Positions 17,773-27,625 are shown, counted from the stretch's first letter. The stretch: DNA of 60,759 nt from Acidimicrobiia bacterium (GCA_025937235.1 JAICRU010000006.1:1-60759), one strand, 5' to 3'. The notes: a model not told the origin generated them from the letters alone. Program-made: numbers and translations.

Positions 17773-19254
17773 ATGACCTTCGTGATCGATTACCTGGCGC
17801 TCGCCCCGGAGCTGGTCATCGTGGCGACGATGCTCGCTGTCTTCACCCTCGACCTGCTCCTCACACGTCCCAACAAGTTCTGGACTGCGACGGTGGCGGT
17901 GGCCGGCACTGCACTGGCCGCGGTCCCCCTCGTCATCCTGGCCGCCGAGGGCTCCACACGCTCGATGTTCGACGGCTCCTACGTGGTCGACGAGTTCGCG
18001 GTGATCCTGAAAGGGGTCTTCATCGTCTCCGCCTACATCGTGCTACTGATGTCGCACCACTACATCGAGTCGGATCGGTATTACCAGGGGGAGTACTACT
18101 TCCTGCTCCTCGCTTCGGTCCTCGGCTCTCTCGTCATGGCTTCGGCCCGCGACCTGATCATCCTCTTCATCGGCCTGGAGCTGACGACGGGCCCGCTCTA
18201 CCTGCTGGCCGGCTGGAGAAAGGGGGACGCCAAATCCAACGAGGCGTCGATGAAGTACTTCATCCTTGGTGTCCTCTCTACGGCAATCCTGCTCTACGGG
18301 ATGTCGATGCTCTACGGGCTCACCGGTGAGATCACCTTCGCCGGTCTTGCGCAGACCACCGCCGACCTGGCCGACGAGCCCGCCGTCGTCGTTGCCCTCT
18401 TCGGCCTGATCGTCGGATTCGGCTTCAAGATCTCAGCAGTGCCGTTCCATTTCTGGGCGCCGGACACATACGAGGGGGCGCCGACCCCCGTTACCGCCTA
18501 TCTGTCGGTCAACTCCAAGGCAGCCGGGTTTGTCGCCTTTCTCCTCGTCATGTACCAGGCCCTGCCCGGTCTGTCCGACATCTGGGCACCTGCGCTGTGG
18601 ATACTGGCCGCGGCGTCGATGACAGTCGGCAACCTGGCCGCCCTCCGTCAGACCAACATCGTTCGTCTCCTCGCTTACTCGTCGATAGCCCAGGCCGGGT
18701 TCATGCTCGTCCCGTTCGCGGCGGCCGCCGTGGCCGACGCCGACCTGGCGGAAGCTTTCTCGGCGACCCTGATCTACCTGGTCATCTATGCCGTCATGAA
18801 CCTCGGAGCTTTTGCGGTGGTCATCGCCGGAGCGAGGAAGACGCGGTCCGGGGAGATCGCCGGGTGGGCGGGCCTCGCTCAGGTGGACACGAGGCTGGCG
18901 GTCCTGGTCGCCGTCTTCTTCTTCAGCCTGGCCGGCATACCACCCCTGGCCGGATGGTTCGCCAAGTTCGCCATGTTTCGATCGGTCATCATCGCCGGTG
19001 GCGCGGCCACCGTGGTCCTGGCCGCGATAGCCGCGATCAACTCGGTGATCGCCCTCTATTACTACGCACGAGTGGTGAAGTCGGTGTGGCTCGACGATCC
19101 GGTGGGTGAGTTCGCTCCCGAGGCGGAGGCGGCACCGGCGGGCTCTCTGCGTCTTGCCCTGTTGGTCGCCGTTGCCATCACCGTGGTGATCGGCTTCTTC
19201 CCGGCGATCGCCACCTTCGTCGGCGACGCCAGCCGGGTCATCGCCAGCGGATAG
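17773..19254 (+). CDS. nuoN: NADH-quinone oxidoreductase subunit N
   Basis: EASMKYF, FKISAVPFHFWAPDTYEGAPTP, RLLAYSSI and SLAGIPPLAG. Confidence 0.95.
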   Translation: MTFVIDYLALAPELVIVATMLAVFTLDLLLTRPNKFWTATVAVAGTALAAVPLVILAAEGSTRSMFDGSYVVDEFAVILKGVFIVSAYIVLLMSHHYIESDRYYQGEYYFLLLASVLGSLVMASARDLIILFIGLELTTGPLYLLAGWRKGDAKSNEASMKYFILGVLSTAILLYGMSMLYGLTGEITFAGLAQTTADLADEPAVVVALFGLIVGFGFKISAVPFHFWAPDTYEGAPTPVTAYLSVNSKAAGFVAFLLVMYQALPGLSDIWAPALWILAAASMTVGNLAALRQTNIVRLLAYSSIAQAGFMLVPFAAAAVADADLAEAFSATLIYLVIYAVMNLGAFAVVIAGARKTRSGEIAGWAGLAQVDTRLAVLVAVFFFSLAGIPPLAGWFAKFAMFRSVIIAGGAATVVLAAIAAINSVIALYYYARVVKSVWLDDPVGEFAPEAEAAPAGSLRLALLVAVAITVVIGFFPAIATFVGDASRVIASG

Positions 19255-19300
19255 GGCCTCACCTGGGCTGTAGACCCCCACCCCGGGTACCGTTGCCTCA

Positions 19301-19726
19301 GTGAGACTCCTCGCCGTGTTCCTGCTCGTGTCCCTCGCCGAGATGGCCGCCTTCCTCTGGGTGGGCTCTCAGGTTGGATTTGGTTGGGCCCTGGGGTTGG
19401 CCGTCCTCACCGCCGTGCTCGGGGCGATCCTGGTGCGGCGGGCCGGCCTCTCCACGTTGGGTCAGATCAAGGCGAAGATGAGCTCCGGTCAGGTGCCGGG
19501 ACGTGAGCTGAGTGACGGGGCAGCCATTCTCGTAGCGGGCGCATTTCTCATCTCGCCGGGATTCATCACCGACACGATCGGTTTCATGCTCCTCGTCCCC
19601 TCGGTCCGGTCCTGGGTCCACCGGGTTCTGTCCAGGCGGGTGTCGGCGAGATTCAATGTGTTCGTGCCTGGCAACCGATTCCGGGTGGACGATCCGGGCA
19701 TCATCGAGGTCGAGGCGATCGACTGA
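19301..19726 (+). CDS. fxsA: FxsA family membrane protein
   Basis: LISPGFITDTIG motif and FxsA-like hydrophobic pattern. Confidence 0.85.
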   Translation: MRLLAVFLLVSLAEMAAFLWVGSQVGFGWALGLAVLTAVLGAILVRRAGLSTLGQIKAKMSSGQVPGRELSDGAAILVAGAFLISPGFITDTIGFMLLVPSVRSWVHRVLSRRVSARFNVFVPGNRFRVDDPGIIEVEAID

Positions 19727-19746
19727 GGGCTCCGCCGCATGCCCGA

Positions 19747-20805
19747 TCACTCGCGAGGATCGTGCAGGCCGAGCTCGCTCGCGATTTTCTGGGCCACCGG
19801 CCACGACCCACGATCCTGGTTGCACAGGACAGTCACGGTGATGCCGGGCCCCACGTAGTGGGACACCACGGCGGTGACGCCCGGGTCGAGACCGCTATGG
19901 CCATAGATGATCGCCGAGTCTCCGTCGACGACCAACTCCATCCCGTACCCGTACGCCTCCTCTTCGTCGTGCGCGTGAGGCGTGAGCATCCGGGCCACGT
20001 TCTCCTCCGTGACGATCTTTCCCGCCCCGAGCGCATCGATGAATCGGTCCAGGTCCCGAGCGGTCGTGGTCATGCCCCCGTCCGGCATGCCCCGGGCGGT
20101 GAGCTGATAGATGTTCGATCGCCACGTATCTGGTGGTGTTGCGGAGACCACGTAGCCAGTGGCATAGCCTGCCGGCTCGAGATCCAGCTCGGCGAAGTCT
20201 GAGTCGGCCATGCCGGCGGGGAGAAGGACTTTCTCCTTGGCGACGTCGTAGAAAGACCGACCAGATACCCATTCGATGAGGATCCCGATAAGGACGAAAT
20301 TGGCGTCGCAATAGGAGTACTCGCCTGGATCCCCGCTGGCGGGGAGGTCGGCGAACAATGGGAGTAGGTCGAGTGGCCCTCTCGCCCGGCTGAAGGGGAT
20401 CCTCTCCAGGGCGGCCGTGAACGACTCCCAGGTCTCGTCCTCATCATCGTGATAGTTGGGCAGCCCCGAGGTGTGAGACAAGAGGTGATGAAGAGTGTGC
20501 CTCTCATCCAATGCACCCGGACGACGATCGGGAGGGAGGAACCCGATCAATGGCCGATCGAGGGAGAGGGAACCCTCCTCCACCATCCTCATCGCGGTGG
20601 CGGCCGTGATCATCTTGGTCACCGAGGCCACCTGAAGCCGGCTCGTCGTGCTCATCGGCACGCCATGCCCTCGATTGGCTACCCCGGCAGCGTGCTCGAA
20701 GAGCGTTCGACCCTGCTCGGTCACCAGGGCCACCCCGCTGAAGAGGTGCTGCCGGGCCTGTTCGTCCAACCAGGCGGCCAGGGCGCCCTTGTCGATGCTT
20801 CTCAC
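19747..20805 (-). CDS. Serine hydrolase, beta-lactamase/AmpC-like family
   Basis: SxxK (ASVTK), LLSHTSG, YSY and HSG motifs. Confidence 0.88.
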   Translation of the reverse strand: MRSIDKGALAAWLDEQARQHLFSGVALVTEQGRTLFEHAAGVANRGHGVPMSTTSRLQVASVTKMITAATAMRMVEEGSLSLDRPLIGFLPPDRRPGALDERHTLHHLLSHTSGLPNYHDDEDETWESFTAALERIPFSRARGPLDLLPLFADLPASGDPGEYSYCDANFVLIGILIEWVSGRSFYDVAKEKVLLPAGMADSDFAELDLEPAGYATGYVVSATPPDTWRSNIYQLTARGMPDGGMTTTARDLDRFIDALGAGKIVTEENVARMLTPHAHDEEEAYGYGMELVVDGDSAIIYGHSGLDPGVTAVVSHYVGPGITVTVLCNQDRGSWPVAQKIASELGLHDPRE

Positions 20806-21386
20806 CTGATGCCGCGCACCTCACCCCGACGAAGGGCCCGGAACTCGCGGTCGAGTAGCGACCAGAGGGTGTGGTCGACCCAGTTGCCCCTGATGAGGAG
20901 CTCCTCACGCAGGATCCCTTCACGGGTGAAGCCCAGCTTCTCCGCCACCCGATCCGAGGCGTCGTTCCCCACCGCGATGCGCAAGGTCACTTTGTGATAG
21001 CCGAGAGCGTTGAACGCCTCCTCGAGAAGCCGGTCGACGGCCTCGGTGCAGATCCCCTTCGAATGCTCGTCCGTCCTCACCCAGTACCCGAACTCGGCGA
21101 TCTTGCCCAGCTTCGAGACGGTCCACAGGGAGATACTCCCTACGTGACGCTCCGGGTCGGACTTGAATCGGATCGAGTAGTCCCAGGCGCGTTCTTCCTT
21201 CCACGCCTGCATCGATTCCCGGATGAAGGCGATGGTGTCGCCGTGCTCGTAGTCCAGCCGTGCCCACGGCAGCCACTGGTTGAGCTCGGGCAGGGACTTG
21301 CGCGCCGCCTCGTCGTATGTGGCGTGGTCGCGCCGGCTGAATCTCTGCAACCGGAGGCGATCTGTCTCGAGCACGGGCTTGGGCAC
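20802..21386 (-). CDS. GNAT acetyltransferase, RimJ/RimL family
   Basis: LETDRLRL, EFGYWV and NDASDRVAEKLGFTREG. Confidence 0.88.
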   Translation of the reverse strand: MPKPVLETDRLRLQRFSRRDHATYDEAARKSLPELNQWLPWARLDYEHGDTIAFIRESMQAWKEERAWDYSIRFKSDPERHVGSISLWTVSKLGKIAEFGYWVRTDEHSKGICTEAVDRLLEEAFNALGYHKVTLRIAVGNDASDRVAEKLGFTREGILREELLIRGNWVDHTLWSLLDREFRALRRGEVRGIR

Positions 21387-21422
21387 GGGGTCAGGTTATC
21401 GGCGGGCTTAATCTGAGGCTCG

Positions 21423-21965
21423 ATGTGGGATCGCCTCCATCTCGTGTCCGACCTCGAGCTGGGCGAAGCCACTCATCTCGCTGCCGTCCTCGCGCCGCTC
21501 TACGAGGACAATATGGGTGAGGTGCGGATGGTGCTCACCAAGAGGCCCGACACCATGCCCACCCATGCCGGGCACATCTCCTTCCCGGGGGGGCGGGCCC
21601 ATCCCGACGACACCGGGCCGGTGGAGACTGCGCTGCGCGAGGCACACGAAGAGGTGGGGATCGAGCCTGCCAGCGTCGAGGTGCTGGGATTCCTCCCCCC
21701 CATAGACACCGTCGAGTTCAGGCCCTGGGTCGTGCCTGTAGTCGGGCGCGTCGCCACACCGCTCATCCTCGTCCCGAGCGAGCGCGAGGTAGCTCGGATC
21801 CACACGCCCCGGTTGGACGAACTGGCCGACCCGGATCGGTGGTGGCACGTGCCCTGGGACGGGCGCCAGGTGTGGTATTACGACCTCGATGGCGACACGC
21901 TCTGGGGGGCGACGGCTCATATGGTGAGGAGCCTTCTCGGGCTGCCCGAGTTCGTTCCGGGCTAG
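21423..21965 (+). CDS. Nudix hydrolase, CoA pyrophosphatase (NudL-like)
   Basis: LTKR...HAGHISFPGG, Nudix box ALREAHEEVG, and WGATA. Confidence 0.88.
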   Translation: MWDRLHLVSDLELGEATHLAAVLAPLYEDNMGEVRMVLTKRPDTMPTHAGHISFPGGRAHPDDTGPVETALREAHEEVGIEPASVEVLGFLPPIDTVEFRPWVVPVVGRVATPLILVPSEREVARIHTPRLDELADPDRWWHVPWDGRQVWYYDLDGDTLWGATAHMVRSLLGLPEFVPG

Positions 21966-22021
21966 ATTCCAGCGGATCTGAAGCCCCGCCAGCGTCTTAG
22001 AATCGGCGACTTCGGGTAACA

Positions 22022-23080
22022 GTGAGCCAGCCTGTGAAAAAACGCCTCTTGATCGGTGCTGCCGTAGTAGTGGGACTGCTCCTCGTCGTGGGAGCCGTCT
22101 TTGCGACGTCGACCTGGAACGATGTCAACCGGGTCAGCATCGAGCCCGACGACGGGCCCGTGGCCCAGCCCGAGACGGAACCAAGCGACGGCGCCCCGGC
22201 CGATGAGACCGAAGAGGCGGAGTCCCTCCAGGAGATGGAGGTCATACTCCTGGTTGGATCCGATTCCCGCGACCAACTGGCCAGCGTGCAGGGGTTCGGC
22301 GAGTTCGGCGGGCAGCGTGCTGATGTGGTCATGGTGCTCATCCGGCCTGCCGACGGCTCACGGGCCGCACTGCTCTCCCTCCCCAGGGACCTGCTGGTCG
22401 ACAACGTGTGCCAGGAGGGGGGCGAGCACCGTCTCAACGACGCTCTGCAAGGGTGTGAGGCGCTGAACGGGCCTACCGCCCTCACCCGCACTGTTGAGGA
22501 CGTCATCGGTCACGACGTCGATCACTTCGCCCTGATCGACCTGGCCGGCTTCCAGGAGGCCGTGGACGCTGTCGGTGGCTACGAGATCTGCCTGGAGCGC
22601 CCCGTCCGGGACCAGCGCGCCCAGCTCGAGCTCCCGGCCGGCTGCACCCAGGCAACCGGGGCGCAGACCCTGGCGTGGCTGCGTTCACGCAGCACCCAGG
22701 AGTTGACCGACGACGGATGGCGGGTCATGCCGGGGGTGAACGACCTCACTCGCAATGAGCGCCAGCGTGCGTTCTTGCTGTCGATGGTGGGACAGCTCTC
22801 CGATTTCGGCAGCCCGACCTCCGTCGCAGACGTGGCCCAGGTGATCGCGCCGTTCGTGACCGTCGACTCGGAGCTGTCCTTCATCGACGCGGTCAACCTT
22901 GCTTGGACCATGCGCGGCCTGAGCCGGGGCAGTATCGACGAGTTGGAGATCCCCGTCTCGGACGCGACCACCGAGTCCGGCGCGGCGGTCCTCGTGGCCG
23001 GGGTGGACATCGCCGATCTGGTCGATGACTATCTCGCCCCGGAGATAGCCGAGGAGCCGGGCGGGGCCTTCGCCGGTTGA
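22022..23080 (+). CDS. LCP (LytR-CpsA-Psr) family protein
   Basis: N-terminal TM, LLVGSDSR, RADVVM, SLPRDL, VDAVGG and DLTRNERQ. Confidence 0.9.
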   Translation: MSQPVKKRLLIGAAVVVGLLLVVGAVFATSTWNDVNRVSIEPDDGPVAQPETEPSDGAPADETEEAESLQEMEVILLVGSDSRDQLASVQGFGEFGGQRADVVMVLIRPADGSRAALLSLPRDLLVDNVCQEGGEHRLNDALQGCEALNGPTALTRTVEDVIGHDVDHFALIDLAGFQEAVDAVGGYEICLERPVRDQRAQLELPAGCTQATGAQTLAWLRSRSTQELTDDGWRVMPGVNDLTRNERQRAFLLSMVGQLSDFGSPTSVADVAQVIAPFVTVDSELSFIDAVNLAWTMRGLSRGSIDELEIPVSDATTESGAAVLVAGVDIADLVDDYLAPEIAEEPGGAFAG

Positions 23081-23098
23081 TCCCCGCTCCTCGACGAT

Positions 23099-23188
23099 CC
23101 ACCCTCCCGCGTGACCATCGCCCCCACCTTCCCGCTGTGACCATCGGCCCCACCCGCTCGCGGTGACCATCGGCCCCACCCTCCCGCC
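23099..23188 (+). repeat. Tandem repeat, about 3.5 copies of a 26-bp unit, overlapping a gene start
   Basis: GTGACCATCG(C/G)CCCCACC... units begin at 23111, 23137 and 23163, with a partial unit at 23099-23110. Confidence 0.85.
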
Positions 23189-24170
23189 TGGCCAGATCGA
23201 GACCAAGCGCTTCCCCATCGTCGGAGAGAGGAGCCCTTCGCATGAGCTGTCCGACCCGCAACGTTGGAGACTGGAGATAGTCGGGCTGGTTCACCACCCC
23301 ATTTCCCTGGACCTCGACACCTTCCTCACCCGGGCAGACCGCGAGCTCGTGTTCGACATCCACTGTGTCACCAGTTGGACCCGCTTCGGCGCCCGCTGGA
23401 CCGGGCTCCCCTTGAGGGACTTACTCGCAGAAGCGAAGCCCTTGGAGGACGCCCGATTCGTCTCCTTCGAGGCCTACTCGGAACGTGGTCATCACACCTC
23501 ACTGCCATTATCGCTGGCCCGGGACGACTGCTGGCTCGTGCACGCCTTCGAGGGTGCTCCCCTAGAGGTCGGCCATGGAGGACCGGTCAGGGTGGTCACC
23601 CCGAGCCGGTACTTCTATAAGTCGCTCAAGTGGGTGAAGCGGATCGCGCTTCTCGCCGAGGACCGTCCCGGCTGGTGGGAGGCGGGCTCCTTCTATCACA
23701 ACAACGCCGATCCTTGGGCGGGCGACGAGCGCTTCACCAGCGGGTCGATCAGACCCGACCAGGTGGCACGGTTCGTCGCCGCCCCCAACTACGACAAGTA
23801 CCGGGGGCGGGTGATGATGGGTCTCGACCTGAGGGCGTGGGTGCCTTCCAGCCTGGATCTTCGCCGGCTCTACCTGAAGAACTGCGACCTGAGGGGAGTC
23901 TCGCTGCCGGGCGCCGACATGCGAGAGTCGAACCTGTCCCTGAGCGATCTGAGAGGAGCCGATCTGCGCCGGGCCAACCTCGCCGGGTCCGATCTCGAGG
24001 GGGTCAATTTTGCCGGTGCCGATCTGTCGGAGGCCGATCTGTCCGGGTCTGCGCTGTCTGCCACCCGGTTCGTGGACGGGAGTGGGGCGGCCCATCTCGA
24101 AGGGGCGATATTCGAGGATTCCTTCGGGCTCGTGGAGGAGCAGGAGGAGTTCGTCGGTCGCACCCCCTAG
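23163..24170 (+). CDS. Molybdopterin-dependent oxidoreductase (sulfite oxidase/MsrP-like) fused to a pentapeptide-repeat domain
   Basis: DIHCVTSW (Moco Cys), HGGPVR, YFYKSLKW, then A(D/N)Lxx repeats (ADLRRANLAGSDLEGVNFAGADLSEADLSG). Confidence 0.85.
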   Translation: MTIGPTLPPGQIETKRFPIVGERSPSHELSDPQRWRLEIVGLVHHPISLDLDTFLTRADRELVFDIHCVTSWTRFGARWTGLPLRDLLAEAKPLEDARFVSFEAYSERGHHTSLPLSLARDDCWLVHAFEGAPLEVGHGGPVRVVTPSRYFYKSLKWVKRIALLAEDRPGWWEAGSFYHNNADPWAGDERFTSGSIRPDQVARFVAAPNYDKYRGRVMMGLDLRAWVPSSLDLRRLYLKNCDLRGVSLPGADMRESNLSLSDLRGADLRRANLAGSDLEGVNFAGADLSEADLSGSALSATRFVDGSGAAHLEGAIFEDSFGLVEEQEEFVGRTP

Positions 24171-24357
24171 GCTCGCCCGGCTCCAGCTGCGCAGAGCCTC
24201 ATTCGGCCAAGGCCCGGCCCATGCTCCGCTGTGATCGACCACCACACTGGAGCCCCAGGTGTTGGAGTCCCGAAGCAGAGCATGACCCTCATGGATGGGA
24301 GCAGCGTCGGGGTGCTCGTGCGTTGCGGTCCGTGGCGTCACGGGCGAGAATCCGCAC

Positions 24358-25338
24358 ATGGGCCCAAGACGAGTCTTTTCCGGCATCCAGCCCACCGGTG
24401 ACTTCCACGTCGGGAGCTATGTGGGCGCCCTAAGGAACTGGGTGGCGCTTCAGGACCAGTTCGACGAGACGATCTACTGCGTGGTCGATCTCCATGCCAT
24501 GACCGTCCCCTACGAGCCCGCCGACCTGAGGGTGAGCCGTCACGAATCGGCCCGGATGTTGCTGGCCGTCGGTGTCGATCCGGAGCGCTCCCTGCTCTAC
24601 TACCAGTCCGAGGTGCCCCAACACGTGGAGTTGTCGTGGATACTGGGGACACTGGCCGGACTCGGCCAACTGGAGCGGATGACGCAGTTCAAGGAGAAGG
24701 CGGAGCGGGCCAAGCAGAACCTGGGGATTTTCGCCTACCCGGTGTTGCAGGCAGCGGACATCCTCGTTCACAAAGCGCACGCCGTCCCGGTCGGTGACGA
24801 CCAGTCCCAACACCTGGAGCTGACCAGAGACCTCGCCCAACGCTTCAACTCGCGCTTCGGTGAGGAGTTCCCGCTTCCGGAGACGATCACGCCCGAGATC
24901 GGGGCCCGGGTCATGTCATTGACCGACCCGAGTGCGAAGATGTCGAAATCGGACCCGAGCCCTAGGTCACGGATCCTGCTCAAGGACCCCCCCGACGAGA
25001 TCGCGAGGAAGGTCAAGGCGGCGGTCACCGACACCGGATCCGACGTCGTATACGACTGGGAGCGCAAACCGGGGGTAACCAATCTGCTCGAGTTGTTCAG
25101 CGTGTTCTCCGGGCGTCCCATCCCCGATCTCGTGGCCGAGTACTCGGGCGTCGGCTACGGGGTGTTCAAAGGGGCGGTGGCCGAGGCCATCGTCGAGGGC
25201 CTGGCCCCGCTGCGGGAGGCCTATGACGGGCTGGACGACGCCGAGGTGGCCGAGGTCATGGCCCGGGGGGCGGCCACGGCACGTGACCGCGCCGAGACCT
25301 CGATGAAGACGGTCAGGGAGAGGGTCGGGATCGTCTAG
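24358..25338 (+). CDS. trpS: Tryptophan--tRNA ligase
   Basis: FSGIQPTG, HIGH-like HVGS, YPVLQAADIL, VPVGDDQ and KMSKS. Confidence 0.96.
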   Translation: MGPRRVFSGIQPTGDFHVGSYVGALRNWVALQDQFDETIYCVVDLHAMTVPYEPADLRVSRHESARMLLAVGVDPERSLLYYQSEVPQHVELSWILGTLAGLGQLERMTQFKEKAERAKQNLGIFAYPVLQAADILVHKAHAVPVGDDQSQHLELTRDLAQRFNSRFGEEFPLPETITPEIGARVMSLTDPSAKMSKSDPSPRSRILLKDPPDEIARKVKAAVTDTGSDVVYDWERKPGVTNLLELFSVFSGRPIPDLVAEYSGVGYGVFKGAVAEAIVEGLAPLREAYDGLDDAEVAEVMARGAATARDRAETSMKTVRERVGIV

Positions 25339-25369
25339 CCCATCCCCGATCCCAGGGGGTCGAGCGTCC

Positions 25370-25697
25370 CAGTGGTGTGACGCGGATTCAGTCACGCGAT
25401 CGAGGGCCGTCCTCGCTTGACCTTGTGATGATGTCGTCGACGGTCTTGGTCCACACGAAGGGTGGGGGTCGTCGTTCCAGTGCACCGTGTTCGGATACGT
25501 CCCGAGTTCTTCGCTGTCGAACGCACCGACCGCCCATCAGCCAATGCCAACAGCGCCTTCGCCTGCACGACCTGCCGATGCGGCAACACCGACGACCGAG
25601 CCATCGGTCCAACTCCACCCGAGCCCCCGCCGGCACCTCCATGACCTGAACCATGCCAGATCAGACGCGCCTCAACTAATTCAGCGACGGACCACTA
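25370..25697 (-). mobile_element. Internally deleted, frameshifted IS630-family element (MITE-like remnant)
   Basis: Minus strand encodes an IS630 N-terminus (ARSSVLPHRQVVQAKALLALADG) joined directly to the C-terminus (HWNDDP, PFVWTKTVDDII). Imperfect terminal inverted repeats AGTGGTGTGACGCGGATTCAG and AGTGGTCCGTCGCTGAATTAG. Confidence 0.78.
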
Positions 25698-26393
25698 GCG
25701 AATCGGCTCCAGCATCTCCGAGGGGACGAGCAGCACGAGCGCGGCGAGCAGGTTGAATCCCGAGTGGATGAATATCGCCGGCCCGAGCCGACCGACGCGA
25801 AGCGTGACCCAGGCGAGCACCACTCCGACGATGAAGATGGTCGGGACCACCACGGCCGCCGCCTCCAGGAAGTGGTCGGTAGGGAGCCCCAACAGGTGGA
25901 AGAGGGCAAAGGCGAGCGAGGTGAGCACGATTGTGACCCGCCGCCCCCGCTTCTCGAACACCTTGAGCAACACCCCCCGAAAGGTGAGCTCTTCGGTCAC
26001 CGGGGCCACCACGACCGCGGTGAGAACTGCGATCATGCGGGCGGATGTGGTCTCCAGCCCGGCGATCGCATTGCTCACCTCTTGCGCAGAGTCGCCCTCC
26101 GGAAGGAGCAGATGGCTCAACGGGAGGAAAAGGATGGCCAGGCCGAGTTGGAGCACTAGCCCCGCACCCAGGTAGCGGGCGTCGGACCCGAGGACGTTGA
26201 AGCCGAGGTCCTCACGGCTGCGGCCGAGGGCCCAGAGGACGAGGAGATGCCCGATGTACTGGCCGGCAAGCGCCAGGACCAGTGTCAACTCCTCTCTACC
26301 AAGGAGTGTGCCCAAACCCAGGAACAGCCCGGAGCCGAGCAATCCGCCCAGGAAGACGAGGAGGAAGTCGAAGAGCGACCATGGCCTGGGCAC
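25695..26393 (-). CDS. CPBP/CAAX (Abi) family intramembrane metalloprotease
   Basis: APVTEELTFRG, FALFH and IHSGFN motifs. Start uncertain (GTG 26393 or up to 26462). Confidence 0.85.
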   Translation of the reverse strand: MPRPWSLFDFLLVFLGGLLGSGLFLGLGTLLGREELTLVLALAGQYIGHLLVLWALGRSREDLGFNVLGSDARYLGAGLVLQLGLAILFLPLSHLLLPEGDSAQEVSNAIAGLETTSARMIAVLTAVVVAPVTEELTFRGVLLKVFEKRGRRVTIVLTSLAFALFHLLGLPTDHFLEAAAVVVPTIFIVGVVLAWVTLRVGRLGPAIFIHSGFNLLAALVLLVPSEMLEPIR

Positions 26394-26467
26394 TGGGCGG
26401 CAGACTAATGATGGCCGCCCCCTACCACTGTTACTCTGGCCGGAGCGCTGTTCGGAGGTCATCAGGA

Positions 26468-27625
26468 GTGGAGATCGACATCGGGATCGGCAAGTCGGGG
26501 CGGCAGGGATACGGCTTCGACGACATCGCCATCGTTCCTTCGAGACGGACCCGCGACCCCGACGACGTCGACATCTCCTGGCAGCTCGATGCCTTCAAGT
26601 TCCCCCTGCCCATGATGGGCTCGGCCATGGATTCCGCGATCAGCCCGGCCACGGCGATCGAGATCGGGCGGCTGGGAGGGCTGGGGGTCCTCAATCTGGA
26701 AGGGTTGTGGACTCGCTACGAGGATCCCGAGCCCTACTTCGAGGAGATCGCAGAGCTCCCGCCGGACAAGGCGACGCTGCGGATGCAGGAGGTCTATCTC
26801 GAGCCGGTCAAGCCCGAGCTGATCGCTCGGCGTGTGGCCGAGATCAAGGCGGGAGGGGCGATCACTGCTGCCAGCCTCACTCCGCAGCGGGTGCGGAGCT
26901 GGGCCGGCCCCGCTCTCGAAGGTGGCCTCGATGTTCTCGTGATCCAGGGGACCGTGGTCTCGGCGGAGCACGTATCCAGCCGTGAGGAGCCACTCGACCT
27001 GAAGCAGTACATCTCCGGGTGTGAGGTGCCGGTGATCGTGGGGGGTTGCGCCAGCTACTCGACCGCACTCCACTTGATGCGGACCGGGGCGGTGGGCGTC
27101 CTTGTCGGCGTCGGCCCGGGCGCCGCCTGCACCACGCGCGGCGTGCTCGGAGTGGGTGTCCCCCAAGCCACGGCCATCGCCGACGCAGCAGGGGCCAGGA
27201 TCAGGTATCTCGACGAGACCGGACGATATGTCCATGTGATCGCCGACGGGGGGATGCGAACCGGCGGGGATGTGGCCAAGGCCATCGCGTGCGGCGCCGA
27301 CGCTGTGATGGTCGGCTCGCCCCTGGCCTCGGCGAGCGAGGCCCCGGGACGGGGGTTCCACTGGGGCATGGCCACCTTCCATCCCACGCTGCCTCGGGGG
27401 GCGCGTGTCGAGGTCGGGAACCGTGGCACGCTGAAGGAGATCCTGATCGGGCCTGCCCATGAGAACGACGGGAAGCTCAACTTGTTCGGTGCCCTGCAGG
27501 TCTCAATGGCCACTACCGGGTTCTCCGACGTGAAGGAGTTCCAGAAGGCCGAGGTGATGATCGCCCCCAGCTTGCAGACCGAGGGAAAGTCCCTGCAACG
27601 GTCGCAGAAGATAGGGATGGGGTGA
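26468..27625 (+). CDS. guaB3: GuaB3-family IMP dehydrogenase-related protein
   Basis: [38 protein letters not shown] and IADGG; directly upstream of guaA. Confidence 0.9.
   Translation: MEIDIGIGKSGRQGYGFDDIAIVPSRRTRDPDDVDISWQLDAFKFPLPMMGSAMDSAISPATAIEIGRLGGLGVLNLEGLWTRYEDPEPYFEEIAELPPDKATLRMQEVYLEPVKPELIARRVAEIKAGGAITAASLTPQRVRSWAGPALEGGLDVLVIQGTVVSAEHVSSREEPLDLKQYISGCEVPVIVGGCASYSTALHLMRTGAVGVLVGVGPGAACTTRGVLGVGVPQATAIADAAGARIRYLDETGRYVHVIADGGMRTGGDVAKAIACGADAVMVGSPLASASEAPGRGFHWGMATFHPTLPRGARVEVGNRGTLKEILIGPAHENDGKLNLFGALQVSMATTGFSDVKEFQKAEVMIAPSLQTEGKSLQRSQKIGMG

Noticed and set aside
23099-23188. Possible CRISPR array
   Set aside because: Units are directly adjacent with no unique spacers and there are no cas genes. 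No CRISPR array was seen anywhere in the window.
24171-24357. Possible T-box leader upstream of trpS
   Set aside because: No GGTGGNACCGCG T-box motif or terminator is visible; a -10-like hexamer sits 6 nt before the ATG.
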